DNA of 64,000 bases from a bacterium (GTDB lineage Bacteria > UBA8248): positions 2,912,001 to 2,976,000 of the forward strand of contig OZ242260.1 of assembly GCA_965207065.1 (NCBI GenBank), in the 5' to 3' direction. How positions within the stretch are numbered: the first letter of the stretch is position 1; the number at the start of each line of letters is the position of its first letter. The notes below the pieces were generated by a model that was given only the letters and a program-made list of their open reading frames with translations, did no database searches and was not told where the DNA came from. The translations under genes and the position numbers were made by a program. This document shows positions 1-9,093 of the stretch, piece by piece.

Positions 1-268
1 GCTGAACGGTTTGCTGGGAGAGATGTTCGAGCGGTACGACGCCCTGCTCACACCGCCTGCGCCGGGTCAGGCGCCGATGGGGCTGGGCGCGACGGGGAAT
101 CCCGTTTTCTGCACCATCTGGACCTTGTGCGGGACGCCGGCCGTGACGCTTCCTCTGCTTGAGGGAGCGGACGGGATGCCGCTCGGTGTTCAGCTCGTGG
201 GGCCCAAGGGAGACGACGCCAGGCTGCTTCGGACGGCGAGGTGGCTGGAGTCCCGGCTCGGCGGATAA
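1..268 (+). CDS. Amidase signature family protein, C-terminal part (5' end outside the window)
   Basis: The translation YDALLTPPAPG...WTLCGTPAVTLP...GMPLGVQLVG...DARLL is a typical amidase/GatA C-terminus. Confidence 0.85.
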   Translation, partial: LNGLLGEMFERYDALLTPPAPGQAPMGLGATGNPVFCTIWTLCGTPAVTLPLLEGADGMPLGVQLVGPKGDDARLLRTARWLESRLGG

Positions 269-372
269 TCCGCCAGGATATGAACAGCGCCAGGGCTGGC
301 GTGGTTTCCGCGATTGCGCCGGAGGCTCCGGCCCGCGCCTTGTTTCGTCCATGAATTAGCAATAGGGAGGTT

Positions 373-1278
373 TTGACGATGAGCCGAGCCGTCGCTTTTA
401 TCGGAACCGGCATCATGGGTAGGCCCATGGTGTTGAACTTGCTGAGAGCAGGCCATTCGGTGGCCGTCCACAACCGCAGCAAGCCTCCGCTGGAGGAACT
501 CGGTGAGGCGGGCGCTGTGGTATGCGGATCCGCATCCGAGGCCGCCTCGAAAGCCGAGGTCATCATCACCTGCCTGCCCGATTCCCCGGACGTTGAACTG
601 GTCGCCCTGGGCGAAGGGGGCATTATCGAAGGAGCGGGGGAGGGGTCCCTTTACATCGACATGAGCACCATCGCTCCCGGCGTCTCCAAGAAGGTGGCGC
701 TGGCTTTGGGGGGGAAGGGCGTGCGCATGCTCGATGCGCCCGTGAGCGGAGGCGACGTCGGCGCCAGGGAGGGTACGCTCTCCATCATGGTGGGTGGTGC
801 GGCGGCGGATTTCGAGGATGCGATCCCCGTCTTCGAAGCCATGGGGAAGACCATCGTCCACGTTGGGGAGAACGTGGGAGACGGCGGTTACGTGAAGATC
901 GCGAACCAGATCATGGTGGGGCTGCACATCGCCGCGATGAGCGAGGCGCTGGTGCTGGGCTCCAAAGCGGGCGTGAATCCTGAAAAGATGATCGCCGCCC
1001 TATCCGGTGGCCTCGCGCAATCGCGCGTGCTGGAGTTGCGCGGGCCGAATCTGGTGAAGGGTGAATACCCGCCGGGCTTCCGGATTCGCCTGCACCGCAA
1101 GGACTTGCGCCTCGCCATGGAGGCGGGAGCGGAACTGGGCGTGGCGATACCGGCGGCGGGCCAGCTCTATCAGATGTTCACGGCGCTTCTGGCGGCGGAC
1201 CGCGGAGAACTGGACCACAGCGGCTTCGCCACGCTCATCGAAGACCTCGCCGGACACCGTGTCTGCGATACGGGGTAG
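373..1278 (+). CDS. NAD(P)-dependent beta-hydroxyacid dehydrogenase (2-hydroxy-3-oxopropionate reductase / GarR-like)
   Basis: Rossmann motif FIGTGIMG, plus DAPVSGG and KIANQ. GGGAGG RBS upstream. The start could be 373 (TTG) or 379 (ATG). Confidence 0.85.
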   Translation: MTMSRAVAFIGTGIMGRPMVLNLLRAGHSVAVHNRSKPPLEELGEAGAVVCGSASEAASKAEVIITCLPDSPDVELVALGEGGIIEGAGEGSLYIDMSTIAPGVSKKVALALGGKGVRMLDAPVSGGDVGAREGTLSIMVGGAAADFEDAIPVFEAMGKTIVHVGENVGDGGYVKIANQIMVGLHIAAMSEALVLGSKAGVNPEKMIAALSGGLAQSRVLELRGPNLVKGEYPPGFRIRLHRKDLRLAMEAGAELGVAIPAAGQLYQMFTALLAADRGELDHSGFATLIEDLAGHRVCDTG

Positions 1279-1337
1279 CCTTACGGGGTTGTTGAAAAAG
1301 TCCAGATTTCGGGATTCGGAACGACGGATGTGAAGTT

Positions 1338-1423
1338 GTAGGTCGGACATATATGTCCGACATATATGCGACCCTGCCTTTTACGCCTGCCGACCATGGG
1401 CCGCATATATATACGGCCCCTAC
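1338..1423. repeat. GTAG-type REP palindrome pair
   Basis: gtaggtcggacatatatgtccgac ... gggccgcatatatatacggcccctac, located between convergent genes. Confidence 0.7.
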
Positions 1424-1522
1424 ACGACCAATCTCACCCACTCGCGCCGAGCCGGCTTCACATCCATCGCTTCGTGACACTCCATACCGCCCGTTCCCAG
1501 GGCCGGGTAATTCAACAACCCC

Positions 1523-2914
1523 TTACACGACGACTTCCGGGTCGCCGTCGCCGAGCCACCCGATGGCCGTCATCGAGACTTGCGTGCCCGCGACGGGTGA
1601 GATTTCCGGTATCTGAATGGCGGTGAAGGCCGGCCTTCGTTTCGGGAAATATTTCCTGAACAAGGGCTCGAGCGCCGATAGGTGAGCGATGTTCTGGAGG
1701 AAGAGCGTCAGGTGCGTCACCCGGCTCATGTCGGAGTCTGCTGCTTTCATCGCGCTTTCCATCTGATCCAGAATCGCCAGCCCCTGGAGAACTGTGTTTC
1801 TCGTAGCCGGCGAAGACGCTTTCGGCAGTTTCCGGCGTAGCGCTCCCTTAAGCTCGCTTCTTCTGCTTATCGGCTCGCCGTCTCCGTTCAGGCCGACCAG
1901 GTTCGAGAGGAACAGCACGCCGCCCGCCGCGACGCCCAGGCTCATCTGGGCGCCTGCTCCATCCTCACCCCGAATTACCTCGCGCTTGATCTTGCTTTTA
2001 TTCATCAGCGCCGTGGGTTCGATTTCGATTTTCTCTCCCTTGTGGCCGACTTCCGCCACCTGCATCACCGTAAGTGCCGGCGGGTCTTTTGGGAAAAACC
2101 GCTCGTGGATGCGGTGGAAGGTGGGATAATCACGCATGTCCCCGAGATAGACGGTGAGGTTCAGGATGTTTTCGAGCGAAGAACCAGAACCCTCCAGATG
2201 TTTGCGGATGAGGTCGTAGACGAACCACGTCTGCGCGGCGATGGGGCCGTTTCTGCTGTCCTCGTGGCTCTGGCCGACGGAGAGGAATCTCCCCTTTTTC
2301 GGGATGTCGGGATAGTTGCGGATGAGGGGAGAGCCGGGTTTGGAGGTATCTGTCGGAATCTGCCCGGCGACGAAGAGATATGGCCCGGCACCCACGACGT
2401 GTGAGAAATGAGCGGCGGCCGAGTGCGCTTTTGAGCCTTCATGCTTCATCCTTTTCCCCAGCGTTTTCGCCGCTTCGGGATTCAGGGCGATGCCGTCGAT
2501 GTTGAAGCGCACGGTACGCTCGGGGTCGAACGCGCCCATACCCACGGCGGTGCTCGGCGTCGGCGCTTTCGGTTCATAGTGGCGCCTGATGCTGTCGAAC
2601 ACCGGGAAAAAGCGCTTATCCAGCTGGTAAAGGTGGAACCTGAGCAGATTTTCCAGCCCCCCGCCATTTGCCGCGAGCTTTTCCCCCACGCCCTCATAGG
2701 TGGCGATGGCCTGCGCGCCGATGGGGGCTTCGATCCTGTCGACCCAGGGGTAGTTCTTGGTCCGCGCAGGCCCGCTGTCCCCGATTTCGGCGTATCTGGT
2801 GCAGATGTTCCCCGTTTTCGGGTGCATTCCCATCTGTCCGCTGAAGAACAGGAAAGGCCCGCCCGAAACGCACCGGGGCCACTTGGCGTGATCTGAAAAG
2901 AATTTTCTGGACAT
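1523..2914 (-). CDS. RidA/YjgF-superfamily protein with three tandem Rid domains
   Basis: Three repeats of the pattern G(P/G)x(L)F(F/V/L)(S/A)(G/N)...LxN/RxxxxxxY/FL...F...P.xTxV/I in 463 aa. Confidence 0.8.
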   Translation of the reverse strand: MSRKFFSDHAKWPRCVSGGPFLFFSGQMGMHPKTGNICTRYAEIGDSGPARTKNYPWVDRIEAPIGAQAIATYEGVGEKLAANGGGLENLLRFHLYQLDKRFFPVFDSIRRHYEPKAPTPSTAVGMGAFDPERTVRFNIDGIALNPEAAKTLGKRMKHEGSKAHSAAAHFSHVVGAGPYLFVAGQIPTDTSKPGSPLIRNYPDIPKKGRFLSVGQSHEDSRNGPIAAQTWFVYDLIRKHLEGSGSSLENILNLTVYLGDMRDYPTFHRIHERFFPKDPPALTVMQVAEVGHKGEKIEIEPTALMNKSKIKREVIRGEDGAGAQMSLGVAAGGVLFLSNLVGLNGDGEPISRRSELKGALRRKLPKASSPATRNTVLQGLAILDQMESAMKAADSDMSRVTHLTLFLQNIAHLSALEPLFRKYFPKRRPAFTAIQIPEISPVAGTQVSMTAIGWLGDGDPEVVV

Positions 2915-5242
2915 TTACGCCTCAATGAAGGATGGGGGTTGAAAAGCCGTGATCTCGGGGAGCTCTTCCTCGTAGCGCTCCATCTCCACCAGTGCGCTAT
3001 GCGCGCTCGGACCCTGGCCCAGGCTTGAGGTTCCCTTGTCGGGCGTCAATACGTTGGGGTTTCCGTGCTTGTCGAGAGCCCCGATTCTCCCAGGTTCCTG
3101 CGGGTCGTACCAGGCGCCCGTGGAGAGCTGTATGACGCCCGGGAGCAGCCCATCGGTGATGACGGCGCCTGCGAGAATAGAGCCTCGCTCGTTGAAGATT
3201 CTCACGACCTCTCCATCCTGTATGCCCCGTGCGGCGGCGTCATCGGGGTGAATCCACACCGGCTCCCTTCCGTGAATCTTGCTTTCGAGGCTGGTGGCCC
3301 CGTTGTCCATCTGGCCGTGGAGTCGCGTGCGCGGCTGGTTCGAGATCATGTGCAGCGGGAATTTCTCCGACAGTCCGCTTCCCAGCCACTCGTTGGGTTC
3401 CAGCCATGCGGCGTGGGGCGGGCAATCAGCGTACCCGAAGCTCTCGATGCGTTCGGAAAATATCTCGATTTTCCCCGAGGGCGTCTTGAGCGCGTTTTTC
3501 TCCGGGGCTTCCCGGAAATCGGCGAGATAGACGTAAGGCGTCTCCGGCGGTGCGACTTCCGTGTGCCCGGTCTCCCAGAAATGCTCGAACGTGTCGAGAA
3601 CCACGCCCTGAGCGGCGGCTTTCTGGCGCGCCTCCTCGTAGATGTGGCGGAGCCATTCCATCTCGCCGCGGTCTTCGGTGAACGCGCTCTTGAAGCCGAG
3701 GCGCTCCGCAAGCTCTGAGAAGATGTCGAAATCGTGCCGGGCTTCGCCCACAGGCTCGATCACCTTGTGCATGGCGAGGATGAAGCGGTCCCTCGAACTC
3801 GAACCGATGTCGTTGCGCTCGAGCGTGGTGGTGGCGGGCAGCACGATGTCTGCATGGCGCGCCGTGGACGTCCACCACGGGTCGTGAACGACGATGGTTT
3901 CCGGCCTTTGCCACGCCCTCACCAGCCGGTTCAAGTCCTGGTGGTGATGGAAAGGATTGCCCCCGCACCAGTACACCATGCGGATGTCGGGGTAGGTGCG
4001 GCGTTCGCCGTTGAAGTCGTATCCCTCGCCCGGGTGGAGCATCATGTCCGCGATGCGGGCGACGGGTATGAAGCTGCCCGTCGGGTTTTTCCCAAAGTTC
4101 ATTTTGACGGAGGGGATGTCCTCGCGCGGCGTTCCGCGCCCGCCCATGCTCCCGTAGCCGAAGCCGAACCCGCCGCCGGGCAGGCCGACTTGCCCGAGCA
4201 TGGCAGCGAGCGTGATGGTCATCCAGAACGTCTGCTCGCCGTGGTCCCCGCGCTGGAGCGACCAGTTCGTGTTGAGCATGGTTCGCGCGCCCGCCATGCG
4301 CCGGGCGAGGCTTCGAATGACGTCCGCCCCGATTCCCGTAATGGGGGCCGCCCATTCCGCGCTTTTGGGACGGCCGTCGGTCTTGCCCGTCAGGTAGGCT
4401 TCGAACTTATCGAACCCCACAGAGTAGCGCGCGAGGAAATCCTGATCGTGCAAACTCTCTTCCCAAAGCGTGTGGGCGAGGCCGAGCATGAGCGCCACGT
4501 CCGTATTGGGGCGAACGGCGAGCCACTGGGCGTCCAGAAAATCGGGCGCATCGTCCTTCAAGGGGCTTACATTCACGAAATCCACGCCGTTCGCCTTCGC
4601 CTTTTCGAGCCAGAACGCCAGGGTGTGTTCTCCCGCGCCACCGGCAGCCACCTGCGTGTTCTTGGCCGGGACGCCGCCGAACATGACGAACAGCTTTGAG
4701 TCTTGCGCGATGCTGTCCCACGTCGTGATGGGGCCCGAGCAGGCGGTATTGTCCCCCAGAACGTGGGGGAGGATGACGTAACCGGCGGCGATGCTGTAGG
4801 TGGTCACCTGATCCGTAAAGCCGCCGCAGCAATTGAAAAACCTCTTGACCAGGGTGTTCGCGTGGTGGAAGCGGCCCGCGCTCGCCCAGCCGTATGAACC
4901 CGCGAAAATGGACTCGTTCCCGTGTTCGGTTTTGATGCGCCGGATTTCATCGGCGACGGTCTTGAGGGCGAAATCCCAGGAGACGGGCACGAAAGGCTCG
5001 CCGCCGCGTCCTTTGCCCTTTTTCCCGGGCCCGCCTTCGAGCCAGCCCGCGCGGATCATGGGTTGGGAGACGCGGCTTTCGTCATAAACGGCGTCCTGGA
5101 TAGAATCCAGGATGGGGGAGGGCGCCGGGTCCTTGGCGAACGGCTCGAAACCCACCATGCGGCCATCGCGCACATGCGCCCGGAATGCCCCCCAGTGGGA
5201 ACTGTGGTGACGTTTTTCAATTCCACCTTGCCCGTCGGGCAT
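2915..5242 (-). CDS. Cytoplasmic Mo-bisPGD oxidoreductase, BisC/TorA/DMSO reductase clade
   Basis: Motifs SHWG, GSYGWAS, YSIAAG (Mo-ligating Ser), GGNPFHHHQD and DIVLPATT. No Tat signal. Start placed at the ATG after the GGAGG RBS. Confidence 0.9.
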   Translation of the reverse strand: MPDGQGGIEKRHHSSHWGAFRAHVRDGRMVGFEPFAKDPAPSPILDSIQDAVYDESRVSQPMIRAGWLEGGPGKKGKGRGGEPFVPVSWDFALKTVADEIRRIKTEHGNESIFAGSYGWASAGRFHHANTLVKRFFNCCGGFTDQVTTYSIAAGYVILPHVLGDNTACSGPITTWDSIAQDSKLFVMFGGVPAKNTQVAAGGAGEHTLAFWLEKAKANGVDFVNVSPLKDDAPDFLDAQWLAVRPNTDVALMLGLAHTLWEESLHDQDFLARYSVGFDKFEAYLTGKTDGRPKSAEWAAPITGIGADVIRSLARRMAGARTMLNTNWSLQRGDHGEQTFWMTITLAAMLGQVGLPGGGFGFGYGSMGGRGTPREDIPSVKMNFGKNPTGSFIPVARIADMMLHPGEGYDFNGERRTYPDIRMVYWCGGNPFHHHQDLNRLVRAWQRPETIVVHDPWWTSTARHADIVLPATTTLERNDIGSSSRDRFILAMHKVIEPVGEARHDFDIFSELAERLGFKSAFTEDRGEMEWLRHIYEEARQKAAAQGVVLDTFEHFWETGHTEVAPPETPYVYLADFREAPEKNALKTPSGKIEIFSERIESFGYADCPPHAAWLEPNEWLGSGLSEKFPLHMISNQPRTRLHGQMDNGATSLESKIHGREPVWIHPDDAAARGIQDGEVVRIFNERGSILAGAVITDGLLPGVIQLSTGAWYDPQEPGRIGALDKHGNPNVLTPDKGTSSLGQGPSAHSALVEMERYEEELPEITAFQPPSFIEA

Positions 5243-5434
5243 CAGATGATTTCCTCCATGAATCTGAGTCGTACTCATGATTTGCGTGCGTTTCGAGCAG
5301 TATATCACGAGTGGGAGACAAGTCCCCCCGCCCTGGCGTTCCAAGCGTCCAACACCGGTAACGGGATGATTTTAAGGCGAGAGTGTGCCATTGTTCCACC
5401 TTCTGAGTTCAAATTTACTGATTTGGAGAATCTC

Positions 5435-5920
5435 ATGGATTTGCTCACGCGAATGGCCGGTGAAATCGGGCAATTGCTGAAGGATAAGGAACAGACGGTC
5501 GCCGTTTCGGAAACGTCCGCCGGCGGCCTGGTGTCGGCCGCCCTGCTCGCCATACCGGGGGCTTCGGCCTACTACATGGGCGGCGGCGTGCTCTACACCT
5601 ACGATTCGAGGAGCATTCTGCTCGGGCTGCCCGAAGACGCCTTCGAGGGAATGCGGCCGAGTACGGAACCTTACGCGGCGAAGCTGGCCGGGGCGATAAA
5701 AGACAGGCTGGGGTCGACCTGGGGCGTTTCCGAAACAGGAGCGGCCGGCCCTGCGGGCAACCGATACGGAGATGCGCCCGGGCATTCGTGCATGGCGGTA
5801 TCCGGACCGGTGGACATGGTGATGACGCTGGAGACGGGCAGCGCGGACAGGGAAGCGAATATGTGGGCGTTCGCGGAAGCGACGCTCGGCCAGCTCAAAG
5901 AGGCAATCGAGAAAAGCTAA
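5435..5920 (+). CDS. CinA C-terminal domain / PncC-like protein
   Basis: Motifs VAVSETSAGGLVS, PGASAYY and SETGAAGP. The longer ORF extension upstream overlaps the opposite gene and is rejected. Confidence 0.85.
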   Translation: MDLLTRMAGEIGQLLKDKEQTVAVSETSAGGLVSAALLAIPGASAYYMGGGVLYTYDSRSILLGLPEDAFEGMRPSTEPYAAKLAGAIKDRLGSTWGVSETGAAGPAGNRYGDAPGHSCMAVSGPVDMVMTLETGSADREANMWAFAEATLGQLKEAIEKS

Positions 5921-5939
5921 CCATATGGAGAGGTGCGTT

Positions 5940-6926
5940 ATGTTTCGTGCTCTGGTTTTAGAGGAAGCGGACGGGAAGGTCAGTTCATCGATTCAGGAAC
6001 TCGACGAGGCGAGCCTTCCTGAAGGCGACGTGTCGGTCGCTATCGATTACTCGACGCTCAACTACAAGGACGGGATGGTGCTGGGCGGCATCGGGCGGCT
6101 GGTGCGGAATTATCCCCACATCGGGGGCATCGATTTCGCCGGCACGGTGGAGAAGAGCGCGCACCCGGGTTACAGCCCCGGAGACAAGGTGATTCTAACC
6201 GGCTGGCGGGTCGGCGAGGCGCACTGGGGGGGATATTCCCAAAAGGCGCGCGTCAAGGGAGACTGGCTGGTCCATCTGCCGGAGAATATGTCCACGAGAC
6301 AGGCGATGGCGCTCGGCACGGCCGGCTTCACGGCCATGCTGTCCGTTCAGGCGCTGGAAGACCACGGAATGGGCGTGGATGACGGGGATGTGCTCGTCAC
6401 AGGCGCCGCCGGCGGAGTGGGCTCGGTCGCAGTGGCGGTACTCGCGAATCAGGGTTATTCCGTAACCGCGTCGACGGGCAGGGAGGAGACCCACGGATAT
6501 CTCGAATCACTCGGCGCTTCGACCATCATCGCCCGGAGCGAACTCGCCGAACCCACGAAACGCCCGCTCGATAGCGAGCGCTGGGCGGGGTGCATCGACT
6601 CGGTGGGCGGTACTACGCTCGCGCGCCTGCTCACACAGATGAAATACCGAAGCTCGGTGGCGGCGGTGGGCCTGGCCGGCGGGAGCGGGCTCGAGACGAC
6701 GGTAATCCCCTTTCTCCTGCGCGGCGTGAACCTGCTTGGCATCGAATCCGTCATGTGCCCGCTTGCGCCTCGTAAGAAGGCGTGGGCGAGGCTCGCGGAG
6801 GAGATGCCGATGGACAAGCTCGAATCGATGATCACAGAAGCGACGCTATCCGATTTGGCCGGACTGGGCGGCGATATATTGAAGGGGCAGGTGAGGGGCC
6901 GCGTGGTCGTGGACGTGAACGCCTAG
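5940..6926 (+). CDS. acuI: Acrylyl-CoA reductase, AcuI/YhdH family (MDR superfamily)
   Basis: Motifs YSTLNYKDG, GIDFAG, GTAGFTAML, VTGAAGGVGS and PFLLRGVNLLGI. Confidence 0.85.
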   Translation: MFRALVLEEADGKVSSSIQELDEASLPEGDVSVAIDYSTLNYKDGMVLGGIGRLVRNYPHIGGIDFAGTVEKSAHPGYSPGDKVILTGWRVGEAHWGGYSQKARVKGDWLVHLPENMSTRQAMALGTAGFTAMLSVQALEDHGMGVDDGDVLVTGAAGGVGSVAVAVLANQGYSVTASTGREETHGYLESLGASTIIARSELAEPTKRPLDSERWAGCIDSVGGTTLARLLTQMKYRSSVAAVGLAGGSGLETTVIPFLLRGVNLLGIESVMCPLAPRKKAWARLAEEMPMDKLESMITEATLSDLAGLGGDILKGQVRGRVVVDVNA

Positions 6927-7375
6927 GCGTTTCTTTTTTTCGTCAACTCGCGGTCCAAAGCCGCTGCGAATTTGTGGCGGTCCGAGGTGGCCATGGGCGG
7001 CGGGCCGCCCTGGACGAGGCCGCCCGAGCGCATATCCATCATGAAATTTCTTAAAGAGAGCCGCTCGCCCACGTTTTCCTCGGTATAGACTTCGCCGCGC
7101 GGGTCGATGCCCAGCGCGCCTTTTTCGACCGCCTTCGCCGCAAAGGGAACATCCGCGGTGATGACGAAATCGCCTTTGCTTAAGTGCTCGACGATGTACT
7201 CATCGGCTACGTCCGCCCCGCCGGGGACCTGAATCGTGGAGACGGAGGAGATATCCGGCGTCCTGAGCTTCATGTTGGCGACCAGTACGGTGGGTATATC
7301 GAGGCGATCGGCGGTTTTGTAGAGGATCTCCTTGATATCTTGCGGGCATGCATCGGCATCCACCCAGATTTTCAT
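6923..7375 (-). CDS. YaiI/YqxD (DUF188) family protein
   Basis: Motifs MKIWVDADACP, VITADVPFA and DPRGEVYT. Confidence 0.9.
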   Translation of the reverse strand: MKIWVDADACPQDIKEILYKTADRLDIPTVLVANMKLRTPDISSVSTIQVPGGADVADEYIVEHLSKGDFVITADVPFAAKAVEKGALGIDPRGEVYTEENVGERLSLRNFMMDMRSGGLVQGGPPPMATSDRHKFAAALDRELTKKRNA

Positions 7376-7495
7376 GCGTTTTCCCTCTCAGCGCCCTTAA
7401 TTCCGGCGGTTCCTTTATAGTATGATGCTTTTCATTCGAGATACCTAACACGATATTCCGGATCGGATGAATTTCGTGCAGCCGGGAGAGTGAAT

Positions 7496-7711
7496 ATGTC
7501 ACAACCGCAAGCGAATCATGAGGAAATCGCGGCGCGGATAAGCGAGATGGCCGCTTCCGTATTTAACGTGCCCCGGGATGAACTCGGCCTCAAGACGGCG
7601 GATGATGTCGCCCGGATGCTCCAGGTTCTCTCAGGCACACCCGTAGAATCCACCGATGAGCCGTTTCTCCCCATGCTCGAAGAGCCGAAGGCCGATGAGG
7701 GCGCGAAATGA
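7496..7711 (+). CDS. Small acidic protein, possible AtzG/GatC-like amidase partner
   Basis: About 71 aa, with an ATGA overlap onto the amidase start and a C-terminal PVESTDEPFLP segment. Confidence 0.55.
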   Translation: MSQPQANHEEIAARISEMAASVFNVPRDELGLKTADDVARMLQVLSGTPVESTDEPFLPMLEEPKADEGAK

Positions 7712-9051
7712 GCGAACACTGGCGGCTCTCCTTGAGCGAAGGCTTAAGCAAGATGGAGGAGGGCGCTCTCACCGCGACGGACTGGGTGCGCTCGCTTATA
7801 TCCCGAATCGACGCTTGTGAAGAGCAGGTGAAGGCCTGGGTGCAGGTGGACGCGCAAGGCGCGCTCGAGGCGGCGAAGGCGATAGACGATGCGAGAAGCG
7901 CCGGTGAGGCGTTGGGCCCTCTTGCCGGTGCGCCTTATGCGGCCAAGGATATTTTCGGCATCCGGGGTCTCAAGCTCGAAGCCGGAACGGGGATTTTCGA
8001 GGGACAAACTGCCGCCGAGGACGCCACTTGCGTGGCGCGTCTCAGGAGCGCGGGCGCAATTGCCCTGGGCAAGGCGGTGACGACGCCCTTCGCGCAGGGA
8101 GACCCATCCATCGCCCGCAATCCCTGGAACATCGAGCGAAGCCCGGGCGGGTCGAGCAGCGGTTCCGCCGCCGCCGTGGGCGCGGGCATGGTTCCCGCCG
8201 CGTTCGGCAGCCAGACGACGGGCTCCACGCTTCGCCCCGCCGCCTATTGCGGCGTACCGGGACTGAAACCCACCTATGGACGCATTCCCAGGACGGGCGT
8301 CATCGAAGTTTCATGGAATTTCGATCACCCAGGAATCATCGCGCGCACGGTCGAGGACATCGCAAAGATACTGGAGGTGGCGGCGGGTCCCGATGGCGCG
8401 GATCACTGTGCGGTGCCGTCCCCGCCGCCCGCCTCGAACCAGACACCTAGAAAGCCGGTGAGAATTGCATATTTGAAGCACCTGCTCCCGCTTGCCAGCG
8501 AGGAAGTCGTCGAATGGACCGAGCGGGCCGTATCTCAAGTAAAATCAAAGGGTATCGACGTCCACGAGGTGGAGCTGCCCCTGAGCATGGATGAGATAAA
8601 CGCGGCGCATTTCATCGCCCGATGCGTCGATTCCGCCGCATGCCATGAGGATTTGTACGCGGCGCACAAGGACGAACTGCCGCCTTACGTGCGCAGGAGC
8701 ATGACGATCGGCTACATGGCGCCTGCTGTCCATTACGTGAAGGCGCTGCGCGTGCGGGCGAATTTCACCCGGAAAATGGACGATCTGATGGAGCGCTACG
8801 ATCTGTTCGCCCTGCCGAGTTTCGACGCGGGGCCGCCGCCGTGGGCGGAATCCACCGGCGGGCCGGCCATGTTGCAGCCGCTCACCTTTTCGGGGCAGCC
8901 CGCAATCACCCTGCCTTTGGGGCGCGGGGACATGAACCTTCCCCTGGGAATCCAGTTCGGCGCGATGCGCTGCGGGGAGGAGAAGCTCCTGGCGACCGCG
9001 AAGTGGTTCGAGGACGAGATGGGCTGGCGGGCGGAGTTTCCGGAATTTTAA
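7708..9051 (+). CDS. Amidase signature family protein
   Basis: Ser-cisSer-Lys triad motifs: AKDIF, PGGSSSGSAAAV and GSQTTGSTLRPAAYCG. Confidence 0.92.
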   Translation: MSEHWRLSLSEGLSKMEEGALTATDWVRSLISRIDACEEQVKAWVQVDAQGALEAAKAIDDARSAGEALGPLAGAPYAAKDIFGIRGLKLEAGTGIFEGQTAAEDATCVARLRSAGAIALGKAVTTPFAQGDPSIARNPWNIERSPGGSSSGSAAAVGAGMVPAAFGSQTTGSTLRPAAYCGVPGLKPTYGRIPRTGVIEVSWNFDHPGIIARTVEDIAKILEVAAGPDGADHCAVPSPPPASNQTPRKPVRIAYLKHLLPLASEEVVEWTERAVSQVKSKGIDVHEVELPLSMDEINAAHFIARCVDSAACHEDLYAAHKDELPPYVRRSMTIGYMAPAVHYVKALRVRANFTRKMDDLMERYDLFALPSFDAGPPPWAESTGGPAMLQPLTFSGQPAITLPLGRGDMNLPLGIQFGAMRCGEEKLLATAKWFEDEMGWRAEFPEF

Positions 9052-9093
9052 GACTGCGCAAATTTTTAAGTTCATGACATCGAGGGGCCTGAA

